From Schizochytrium sp. TIO01 (Eukaryota; Protista; Bigyra: Labyrinthulomycetes), in assembly GCA_004764695.1 (NCBI GenBank), contig SMSO01000031.1, forward strand, positions 2,704,436-2,768,435: a stretch of 64,000 nucleotides of DNA, in the 5' to 3' direction. Shown piece after piece: positions 30,601 to 39,200 of the stretch. A program made the position numbers and the translations under genes. Each line of letters starts with the position of its first letter. The stretch's first letter is position 1. The notes under the pieces were generated by a model that was given only the letters and a program-made list of their open reading frames with translations, did not search any database and had not been told where the DNA came from.

Positions 30601-32318
30601 CCAGCGTCTACATACACGAGCTGAGTTCCAATGACGACGGACGTGTCAGTGGAAGCACTAGCCTCAAACACGTAGCGACCTCTCTGGCTCAATGTTAACG
30701 GAAGAAGATATCCACCATCTACTGATTCCGAACTGGGGAGATCTGACGGAATTCGAGCTACTTCTGTCCAGCTTACAGTCTGGCTCCGCCAAGACTCCCC
30801 AAGATCTAATAGAAAGATATGTTCTACAGTCAAAGTAGCATTTGTTCCAGTTAGTAGCTCACTTGTCGAAGGACCCGCAGTAAGACTAAAGTTACACATG
30901 GGAGTAACATATAGCTCTTCACTACTTAAATCGAAATTGTCTGGGCAATTACCATCGAGCCCGACAATCCACTCATATTCGTTTCCTGAGCTGGATGCCG
31001 AAAGTGTGACTGATGCATCACTCAAATCCAACGATGCCAAAGAATCTGCCAGAGCTTTTGCTGAAGCTGTGACGGGGACTATAGTGGACGAATTTGAGTT
31101 TTCTAGCATTATTTGGAAGCTGCCATCGAGCAAAGAAAGACCAACTGTTGTGGTGACGGTTTTAAGTGTTAGCCCAGGTGTCGCTGAGCTAGATAGCCAC
31201 GGTGTGAGCAAGGGCATGTCTCCAGCTTCGCCGAATGTCACTTTCCATGTCCAACCGCTGGAAGACTTTGTTACCACAAGCTGAAGGCCAATATCGGTTA
31301 GACTACGCAAAGCAGCTTGCACTTGATTAGCTGATGAACTTAGATTAAGCGAAGTGGAATTTTCGTCCTCAAAGCCAAGAGAAAAAGAGCCTGTAAAACT
31401 TGAACGGTTGTTTGCTGTTGCATATGTAGATCCAATACTCGCACCAAGTACGATAGTTTCTGCCGAAGCTCCAATATCAGAGCCACCAAGGTTTGTTGAA
31501 TTCACACGTGCCTGCGCACCAACCACCCCTTCAGCTAGAACAACTCTGTATACATAGCCCGCGGGTTCGCTGGTGACTGTACGAACCACACTTTCTACTG
31601 AGTCTTCGCCAAGAGCATTTTCAAAAGCTGTTCTTAAAGCATTTGCATTTGCATTGTAATTTAGTGTAGTTTTTGGAAGAGACCAAGAACAACCCCAAAC
31701 TGTTCCGGTTGGGCCGTTTATTGTTGGGCCTGTATAATCCTGGTCCAGCTGAATGACTGAAGAATAGCAACCATCACATTCACTAAATGAAACGCGATAT
31801 GTCTGCCGATCTTGCCCAGAAACAGATGAATTTTTCGATACACGAACAGGGTATCCTTCATATACGCCAGCTTCCTGCCATACTTGAGTTGTGTCTTCAT
31901 TATTAGACACAAATACACTGATTTGATTCGCGCTATTTGGTACTGGAGCATAATATACTGTGCCTGGCAATTGTACATCGAATTGGCAAAATTCAAGGTC
32001 CCATGTGCCACGAGATGCATTGATAGATATATCGATTACCTGGTGACTCCAAAGACGTACTTCTTGAATTTCTTTCACATTTTCAGTAGCACTACCCTCG
32101 GCTTTTATACGATATGTATTTGTTGGTCTCTGAATAATACGTTGCGCAAATAAACTCCCATTATAAGTTTCGTCAGAACAGTATTCGGCTGAGTATGAGC
32201 TCGCAAATGTTCGATCAATGCAAGAACTCATAAGGACGATGGTGAATAAACTCAAAATGATGAATAACGATGAGTTATGCTGGCCCAGAATTACTCTTCT
32301 CATATTTGATTTCTTCAT
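21642..32318 (-). CDS. Giant type-I transmembrane receptor/adhesin: signal peptide, 3 N-terminal repeats, PKD-like, 13 Ig-like, 2 PKD-like, TSP1-like, EGF, DxxGxCC repeats, EGF, TM, 2 PH-like domains (3558 aa)
   Basis: Uninterrupted 10.7-kb ORF. Hydrophobic leader LFIILSLFTIVLMSSC; 13 repeats of PP-I...C/V-x-A-x-G-x-x-P...W...D/E-x-G-x-Y-x-C (~30300-26520); EGF motifs CGPHGRC...CVCDKGWSGEDC and CSGHGVC...CVCQAGYSGEAC; TM VFWPGFIFGLLFTCCLTSALVGYA followed by RHKYR. Confidence 0.92.
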   Translation of the reverse strand: MKKSNMRRVILGQHNSSLFIILSLFTIVLMSSCIDRTFASSYSAEYCSDETYNGSLFAQRIIQRPTNTYRIKAEGSATENVKEIQEVRLWSHQVIDISINASRGTWDLEFCQFDVQLPGTVYYAPVPNSANQISVFVSNNEDTTQVWQEAGVYEGYPVRVSKNSSVSGQDRQTYRVSFSECDGCYSSVIQLDQDYTGPTINGPTGTVWGCSWSLPKTTLNYNANANALRTAFENALGEDSVESVVRTVTSEPAGYVYRVVLAEGVVGAQARVNSTNLGGSDIGASAETIVLGASIGSTYATANNRSSFTGSFSLGFEDENSTSLNLSSSANQVQAALRSLTDIGLQLVVTKSSSGWTWKVTFGEAGDMPLLTPWLSSSATPGLTLKTVTTTVGLSLLDGSFQIMLENSNSSTIVPVTASAKALADSLASLDLSDASVTLSASSSGNEYEWIVGLDGNCPDNFDLSSEELYVTPMCNFSLTAGPSTSELLTGTNATLTVEHIFLLDLGESWRSQTVSWTEVARIPSDLPSSESVDGGYLLPLTLSQRGRYVFEASASTDTSVVIGTQLVYVDAGLPQIDVGNSTTSVAYPASQVELTGSASKALYGSTISSYLWTLVDSPSGASSSAGQISSPNSATTKISSLGVPGTFEYSLRVTDSLGLAACATKSIEVLFAPTIDQNLTNLDLIPGENIVLNCTASGSTPITYRWMFGNTTLTSTDAVLRYSSVAETDQGNYTCIASNKVSSVRSNTAFVNVYNPVVIASDPKPTIGVPGLNTSLLCSATGSFPMEVYWERQVEGSTTWTQYSRAAATSGNEIDATYFKLNINNLTEADQGNYRCIVGNMVNNATSNATYLDIMDIPSNVTISVSPASVLENGVNESSTENFTLACDSVGENVTYAIELNGVVVSEAQTHVFTNITATQHAGDYTCVATNGAGSAESESLEIVVNTPPIIITQPQSLTVNPGERAVFTVEAIGARPLAYLWMKDGDYISENNYTLANLTFEAAEEVNEGLYSVTVYNYLNVTQSVNVMLTVNDPPQIVSPTSNTTKKVDPGGTITLKCEANGTGPLSFTWLQDGDNDSGNLTEVEKGAVTSDDTSSQLVISNVATSDEGNYYCQVLSDIGEAISSAMRLDVNDPPTIVLSPLDVFAEPNSNVSFTVVVAGATPMSYQWRKDGIDIDSASATLSTLVLLNVTTADEGSYDCRATNHLNSVTGVLSDAANLHIARAPEIINQPINVTADPSKTATLSCTVSGAPPMTYKWYRRGVGGSDVVMQENVTSLAYFESILQIQDIKESEQGVYLLSVENYLGNVSSDFVSVTVNDPPVIISSEVTKTVDPGANVSFSCNVTADPAVKSVTWRHKSSSSSTSSTIVSGQTGFTLALTNVSQNDEGIYICYATNSAGSASKTVGKLSVRDPPTILSMSPIAEGGSLTVDPLQQVNLTVLASGIAPLNYTWYLNGAVSQTGNSPSFKFAPSEEGSIFVRVSNRLGSDTSIPITIAVNAPAQIDSVTMVPTDGRILTGGTAQLICKGSGSTPLTFTWLKDGSALDVLEDAATDNVSGTSSYALSSEDDYTSQLLITDAVSTTHTGSYTCRVKNSAKPQGAISEALEVTVVLPPIINASTPEDMTRLPTYNSSFQCELTSGTPPFTVTWYYTESLGADIEAIEMRNSSMFSDAIGTYQTNAGLSDIVMTIINSSNVDEGLYSCNACNEADCAQSRWASLGVFDSPRITEQEPKATNTSVETNPGDDLSLSVVASGLEPLTFQWYKYEESSDITQAVIIDGDAYRQTPSNCTEANVPCILLLNDIHNSAAGSYYCVVSNSLGMTSSVAIDVNVTKVPTLEDASTWPDTLRTACPGNVFEQEVNISGTSPIHYAWYFSSTYSEASSIFTSTAAWQTTDPIFKIADPDNSNEGYYAFIATNVAGAYRSSAARLDVNEGPTAAADAAGSSPRHSVTLPRTYTQLYASASKNAIKYSWEVVSHPTLESGRVQLTSPTNGTTGVLGMTVAGEYIFRLTVTGAYGCTNSDEVTVVVNTAPVAVAPNATVSLESYPAQLDGRASYDIDSGGSIVSYRWSLASVDGSVEAAESVALVGSNTSIVRVTEPVVGLYAFVLAVTDNDGATTTIRTYLNVLDVTFISPVAPVLAPFIKGGYYEHLVIITVKGYLPGGGSTPVRLSFENVANSLNETSTTVISTTLEKLQGSSSSSDEKQVLYQWAVDERTEPGLGNLQVVIGADTQTTTQSDQIEVVLPYHFESISSNDCDCSSEPQQNRNVRCVGYGIGAAFASYGSESYAWMEIEHDISKCLKFSPLPVSKIPCTSEQVEECSSLSTHWNVSSWSLGEDLDQAAFCASQICGTERTRTVNCIDAGSSIVSTSRCSSATPETTQICSTGCLDATMRFMSVVTGASSNSCSPVWYRSAPNMCFERASGYLLGTPKCDSVSTLSSDILSTSLCTDVWSVSDWVCDRTTNIAQRSAECITYSTGESSSTCSSTSRPNLTQACVPGTVISSTSQLPYRSIGVWYYWSIGAWRNCTATTVDIVGSCSLMQQERDVLCVNRYGEVTADLACANLTKPYAVQTCSSSCVETCQTNCGPHGRCDNAAASTCVCDKGWSGEDCSETTNETICIGDEQVLDINGGCCDLSSATLTAQGTCCSTGVLDFEGSCCASGSIDACGTCNGAGITIDAQGKCCETLLDAEGLCCLSGLLDRCGICDGTGSSCSASVSIIGLYSSTLEASLREDQQRLDVEVSLIEELTTNMPRNVSWSLISAEVSTTTTKERRILSNEGSLSGDILTVNAKVELAPSSMMPWLRISNQSTWTTVLKSVLNVSSATTLAVGYCGNDVCEVGERCTDKGCCPSDCVLPEAVLWCPLNCSGHGVCHTGLGRCVCQAGYSGEACTECSGDARMTSQGTCIPTQWIPISNMADSSDDDTSGATNTITQIVKKSVFWPGFIFGLLFTCCLTSALVGYARHKYRQIRDETNLQLLMNNSARFGPSLNPLKLSSMQNAKKGFPFGWLWKRSENGYNGQQIWQHWYASKQGLDIFYYNNDTEAWSEGNSKSHLLRPQELGRLNLRHVEAVLVKGKKSAKHGGWRFDLLYRLQEREAQHGYADIEDGMSTRSSLDEEAVDALDYPHVRHRYARNQPRDRSMGLQRVEFMCDTQHAAMEWAEAIAESTGARLQCGRSVQNNTKPNKDERVVIELASIASPNASKSTGLLYKLMSSPQSVKSPQSGVSTDSIASSLPGMVIDEEPSVSTCSSSGTSVTSVSGVQGLIVGTLSGAVGYRVACEGWVRLEVDKSSVYGTLFPERDELAIFETMVKAKDGAHHYAGKLRSIKLSRVAEVQGSASKLVTIKFWDRKHTEKLQSLTFATSPEEQVRWCKALKDHMHFRHGVDVYVNQTTEKVELDNPGMTLLQAAEPPKPIGHITTPINEKLSSLRVRRSSSVLSRYHAELTPPKLSSGSHADTSVADSVKSIEETSSSVINVQNDNRVEYESGPSKVLSKSSTRGDKTRGPPYRPTSVISRRAAKRSETTSIGGAVSVEKTNQEHSRMQNNQEDIEMQIV

Positions 32319-33241
32319 TGTGTATTAGCTTTCGCTATGTAGCAGAGCCAAAGTTAAGCGAACTAATCTCACGGTTGTGTTTTAAAGTAAGGTTTGGCTC
32401 CCTGGGCCAGCAAGCCTTAGGAGAGAGCTTCGAGCTCCCTTACGAAGCTGTTTTCCTTTGAGTTTCGAAGGCTCGTTGGGTATCCAAGCAATCGAAATAT
32501 GCATTCACGCTACGTGCAGCGTGGCAGCAGTCAGCCGGCCTAACTCTACCCGCTGAAAGAACTTGTACCTTTTAGATTTGCTGGGCTCTCTCGGGGAGTC
32601 CCATTGACCGCCAAATTAGCATAAATAGCACAATCTAATATAGTTACTCCATCAGCTAGTGAATACTCTACATCCTCTCACTTGTCCAGTAGACCTGCTG
32701 CTGACTTAAAATTTAAAAATAATAAAAATTAAAAACTAATTTGCAACAATGAACATTGCCACTTCAACTTTCTTTCAAGAATTATTTTTTTGATCAGGCT
32801 TCGGAACTTTTCTTCAATAAACTCTGGCTTGTTTGCTTATTATCAAAATTATAGAGTTCTGTGACTGTCAGCGTGGTAGCACAGGGCACAGTTGGAGCGC
32901 TTTCGGGACTCAGAACATATGACGGTTACAAGGTGTGCACTCCGCTCGTAACGATAGGTTGGCCTAGCTATGAGCATTACAAGTGCAAATGAGTCTTTGA
33001 AATGGGAGAATTTGTTACAGAAGTTCACCGGACGAGAGCGTCTCAATGAAGTAGAGCAGGCAGTAGAGAGAAATGAGGAAAATTGGGATTGCAGATCTCT
33101 TCCTGTAAATTGAGTTTCGAGTTTTCGAGACTTTTTAACCTCAAGCTACTGACCGCGTGCAATATAGAGGGGTAATGGATTTAATTAAAAAGAACAAATT
33201 TTAGAGAAAATATAACTGATTGATTTTGACTATTTTTTTAA

Positions 33242-36200
33242 CTACTCTAGCCCAGAAAATGCTTGAGCGTCATGCTCATCAAAGTCTTCCATTGTATTAC
33301 AATTGTTCGCCGCGTATAGAAGTTTCTCATAACAGACCTCCTTACTTGAGTATTCTGGTAGTCCAAGTGTGAAAAAACATGTCTGACTCTGCGGTAGCAT
33401 ACCATCAGAAGATGCCATAGCTTTACCATCTGCTTCCTCATCATTGTCTTGCTTTCGTATCAGAGGGATGATCTTGAAGCTCATGGGAAATTTATCCACA
33501 GATGAAGGAAGGCGGGAACGTGCACAAACAAAATTGACGAACTTGGACCTTTCTTCCTGAGTCATGTCTTCTAAAGCACGCCAAAAGTTAACAACGTGAG
33601 GAGCCTCTGGGTCTACATCCTCGTAGATTGTGGCACGTTTCAGTAATTCAATATCAATCTCTGGTGCACCACAAATAAGCTTTTCCAGCTCCTCTGGAGT
33701 AAATAAAATGAAGTTTCTGGTGGGCAAGATCTCTTCTAAGCCTTGCATAAAAGTTGTAACAGGAGCAGCAGCAGTTAGAACAGATTGTCGAACAATCTCT
33801 TCGACAACAGTGAACCGAGCTTCAAACGGAATCTTACTAGGTTTCCCGTGATGTGTAATCACTGACCCGGCCGGTAAATTATGTTTCGCATCACCTAACC
33901 GATCAAGTAAAAGCTCGCTCCATGCGGCGTCTTCATCATCCCATTGCTCGCGAGAAAGAGACTCAATCTGCCTGAGAGAGCGGGTGGTAAAACTATCAAT
34001 TTCATGGAGTTCGCGCCATCCAATAGGAAGTCCCACTAATGGTCTCCAAATAATATGTGCTAAACAAAGGCCAATATGAATACTATGTCTTGTCGCAACG
34101 CCTAATAGTCTTCCCAGAAATTTGATACATCGTTCACTTCCTGCCGCACCACTTGGCCATTTAGCCTCCCCATCTGACCTGCCTGAACATTTTCTACTTG
34201 TAAAGGTGCCAGAAGAGATTTTATTGCCAGTATTCTGTACTTCTTCATCCTCTTCGTCTTCCAATTGATGGCGGAGAGGTGTAAAAACCATCCTATCTGC
34301 ATTTGCAAGAGCACCATCTGCAGCATTAGGACAGGGTACAAGAATTTGGAGAGGGCCTGCTGCTTCTTCCTCGATTGCAATTTGAAAAACTGCGCGGTAA
34401 GGACCTCCATGGTCATCAACTCCTTCGCTTTCAAATTTAACAAAGAAACAGCGTTGCTGAGTTGCATCTTGAATGTGAGAGTATGCACGACGAAGCTTTC
34501 GAGCAGGCCAGCTTTCCATCCCTGTTTTGACCATGATTTGCCCAAACACGGACGTCTGCAAACGATCATGCTCTTCCAGAGCTGCAAGACGCTGGTCTCC
34601 TGCAATAATTCGATTCACTCGGACTGATGGAAAATCTGGGGGTGCATCGTATTCGTCAGCAGCCGGAATGGTAGGAGTAGTAGTCCGCGCAATGCAAGCA
34701 TTCCAGTATTCGAGTTTCGTCCTGGTAAATATTAGCGAACGGCCGTAGGCTAAGAGGCCTGCAACTTGCATTTTGCGGCACGCTAATCTACTCTGCTCCC
34801 CATCGCCACTCCGGTGATCAGAGGCAAATACTATCTGTCCTGGGTCCGAGACAGTGGTCTCTAAATTTACAAGCTCGAATATTTTTCGGATGCGAATGTT
34901 GATAGTCAACAATATAATAAATCGAGCAATGAGGCGCTGAGGGCCAAGGCCTATCAATCGGCGCATGGTTTGGCTTGCTGTTTCGGCATGCTGCATCTCT
35001 TTCACTAAGCTAATAAGCTGCAAGTGCTCAGGCTCGCAAGCGTATCTATCACACAGAACATTCACAACTAGTACAAGCTCCCGATCTAGGGCATCTGTCC
35101 ATACATCATTACGTCCCTGAAGAGCATTGACCAAGTCGTCAGGTGTAAACGTGGAAGGGAGCATGCTATGAGCTTCTTTCATAGTTTGTAATTCCTTATG
35201 TTGATCATCTTCAAGCCATACCTTTTTGTCTTTGACAAGTGAGCGCAACTCAGCAGGAGGCCAAAATAAAGCTTCGTCTGAGCCGTCAACGCAGTACCAT
35301 AAGGCGCCATTTCTGGCTCCTAATATTGTCACTGGCCCCCGGGGCGAGTTCAAGCGATCGCCTACTTGAACATTCCCAAGACTAGCAACCGAGGCAGCTG
35401 CACAAGCACCTGCGCTAATATGAATGTGCACTGGAATACGACCTAACGACCACACAGTTCGCATTGAGCCAATTGAGTCATTTGTATTCTCCCAAACTGA
35501 AAACAACTCATCTCTCCACGTAAGCGGGATCTCGTCCGCCGAAGGACGAGGTGCGAGAATCTCACGGAACATGTTGACGGTTTGAGAATATTCGAAAACC
35601 ATCGAGGCCTCTGGTTCTTCATTGTACTCAAGAGATCGCGTCTTTTCCATCGTTATTTTATCATGAACCTTTGACATTCCAAAACAGGGATACAATTTGA
35701 TGTCCTCAGATGGGATCCGTTTTCTGCGACCCAATCGACACTTTTGGCGTAGTTGGTCGTAAGCTAGTCCAAGATCAACAATGACCTGCTTATCTCCACT
35801 CTGGTAATCCTGGAAATCCTTGAAAAAGTAAAGGCGTCCGCGGTCCATGTCAAGAAGAACGCCTACAACGTCGTTTACAGCATAGAAAGAACCATACAGT
35901 TGCTCGCCATCAGGGCTGTGGGTAGCACGATAGTTAACAAAACCAAAACCGTCACCCCAGCCTTCGCCGCGTGCTTCATTACCTGGCCGCAGGCGTGGCG
36001 AGTCATCTTGCGACGGGTGTCGATCAGTCACTCCAATAAGGGTGCTACCCCATTGCATACCCATCACCCGGGCCTCCCAGTAGTGCATCCCCCGAGAGTA
36101 GCCCTCTGCTCCCAGCACATGAGACCTTTTCCCAGCATCTGGGCCAACGCCAACGTACTCAGCACTTAGACAGTCCGCAGAGACATGAATTCCTGGGCCT

Positions 36201-39200
36201 GCAGTAGTAGGGTCCAATCTCACAAGTTGGTGTGAGGAGAACGCAAACTTGCCTTGCATGTCAAATAAGTTATCAGCCTGCGATTCTTGTTGTTGATTCT
36301 TTGACTCGTCAGAAGCGTCTTTTAAAGAAAATTTAGTAAAGTTCTCAGGAGGCACTGTTGTGGCTTTAGTTGTTGAAGATGCAATTCCCTTTTCGAAAAA
36401 CTCATACTTAACTTCACTCGCAGAACGAGATGTCACTTTACACCACCCTTCCAAAAGTCCATCAACCCAGTTTCCTTCAAAAACGGTCCCAGAAGCCTCT
36501 TTAAGAATGCCTGGACCAGATCGACGGCCGAGCTTCCAAGAACCGTCAAATCGGACAAGAGAACCTGATTCACTTCGGTTAGTGTACCTCTTCAGTTCAG
36601 AAAAGTGCACTGTGCCTTGTCCGTGTTTCAAGCCAAGGCAAAGGATAGAGACATTCGCGCGAGCTGATATTGCAATTGCGGGAAAAAGAGCATTATCAAA
36701 AAGACACTCGGTACCTCGCCGCAAGGCACTGCGATCGCACAAAGCAACTTCTTTGTCGTTAATGAATATAGACACGCGTCCATGGTCTGAATCTAGTTCC
36801 AGCGATATTTTATCCCCGTCACGGAGAGGGTCTTTCAGCAATGCTTTATTGCGCCCTTTAAACCATGACAACCCACTCGACGAGATGCCCCAAGAATGTT
36901 CCGTTGCGCCGAGATGGTCGCGTAGCGGTGTACCCTTTGCACAAAGTCCAAACGAGACGTCATCCCGCTGCAATGACCCTGCTGACCCTTTCACTTGGAA
37001 TTCCCACATGTAAACACCACTGTTGGGTTCCCAAACTCCTTCAGCATCGAGGGTAAACAATGCAGCCTCGACATCACCGCCCTGACTATTATTTGATTGA
37101 TCAGGGTTTGGAGTGGTGCAGATAGCACAACACGAATGGTCTAGTTGATTTAAGAAAGTACAGGCCGGACATGCCCAGGTAGCAGGCTCCATTGCATGAG
37201 GCATACTATCGTTCTCCAGGGATTGCTCTTCAGCCTCGTCGTTGTTCGAGCTACTTTGCAAAACTGGATACCAACGGCCAGTTTCAAGAATAACTGTACT
37301 CCACGTTGAAACTGTAGGCCGCTGGTCAAGCACAAATGGAGGAAACGTACTTTGCAGATGCAAGATGTCGCATGTTGCTCGGATAAGTTGCCCTTCTTCA
37401 TCAAGACTGAGGTAAGCTGGAGCAGAACGAGCGACCGCCCGCATCGTGGGTGCGTCTTCAGAAAGCACATGCCAGTGCGGGAGCTTTCTTGAAGTTTTCC
37501 AAGTCCCCTCCAACTCGCCATTGGATTCATGGCCCTCAAACATTAAGTTTGAAAGCCAACGACGGCTTTCGTTCTCAGCAAGAACCACTTGAGTGACGTA
37601 AATCTCAAAGTTATGTGAGGAAGCATCTATATGGCCTTCAACCTTACACCAGACATTTTTATCATGTTCAGTACACTCAAAGTGGCCCACAAGTTTGCAA
37701 TCGCCAGTCAAGCGAAGATACAGGTGCATAGGAAGGTGAGCAGTTTGGAAATCCATAGGTACCGCGACTTGCCTCAATAGGGATATTTCCTCGAGATCCC
37801 AAAGGATTACCCCTGAGAACTTTGTTTTAGAAATAAGGTAATGAAGCGATGGTTCTATCCGTTCGTATAGAGCTGTCTGCAACTTTAGGGACCCAGTGTC
37901 TGATTCAGATTGTTTTGAAAGACAACTTTCATGATCTTCTGAAAACGATGTTATCCGAGCACCAGAGCGAAGTATACCTACATGCTTGTGATGCAGTGCC
38001 TCAATGAGCATATGCACAGATGACAATATCTCCTTCGGGGGTTTAACATGGGGAGAATCGTTGCATTCAGTATCTGTATTCAAAACATTATTGCTCAAAG
38101 AATTTGTATCATGGGTGAAGTCCCAGTAAGAATAAAGTTCACTCAGGGCAAGGATGGGCTCCGCCGTTTCACACTCCATACCGGGTCTCTCTGTTTTTAT
38201 GGTTTGCACATTGCTACCAAGAGATAGAAGGTGCCTACTTATCTCCTTCGCCTGCTCCCCACTCATGGCACGTTTCCAAAGGCAAAGTCGACCAATTGAA
38301 CCATCAAATGAAGCTCCGACTGGGCTGCCAACTTCACGAATACCAAGAGCGCTTTGCGATGACTTGGAACAGATGGAGCCCCGAAGGACATCATTTTCAT
38401 AAGCAAGGATGTGAACAATTTCCTGAGTCTGGATGTTTGACCTCAACCCTGGTCTGGGCTTTGAACGAGCAGTGCGCTGATAAAGGCTCTTGGGTGTTGT
38501 GCGCTCTTTACTATGCGATATTTTATGAAATTGAAGATAGGCTTCTACACCCATCGTGTTCATCTGGAACACCCCATCTGACAAATAACTCTCAACATCA
38601 TCTTCGTCATGCGTCCAATTGGATTCTGCCTCTGCGTTGTCATCTCCCACTTCACTTTCGTCTTCAGTGCTATATTCTTCACCCTCAGCGTCCAAAGTGG
38701 AATAACTGTCTTTCTTGTATCCCTTTAGATTTTTCTGGCTTCCACCTTTTTCATCTGTTTTAGGCATGCAACCCATATGATGATGCAAAAACATCTTATT
38801 CATCGCATCGGTTTCTGGATAGTCTGCACATACTAGAGTGAGTTTCGTCCAAGGTTGCACTTCTTCGCCTTCTTTAGGTGCTGGCAATGTGAACCCAAAG
38901 CTGGAAATCTTCCCATCGCTGAAACGAATACCAAGCTTATTGGACGTTAAAATAATCTGCAATGAAGATGAACTAGATGAATCACCAAGAATAATGCGCG
39001 GTTCTGCTCCTAATTCAGAGTGCTGATTATCCTTTCCAGGTGGGTGCCGGATCCAAAAACTAGCTGTCCAGGGAGGTTGGAGTGAATCCAAGGCTTCTCC
39101 ATTCACGTCTCTGAGCTCCATAAATCCAGACTGAGTCAGCTCTAATTGCGAGGATTTCATTGCCGTAGTTTCAGAAGGCAACAATGCCTTATACTGTTCG

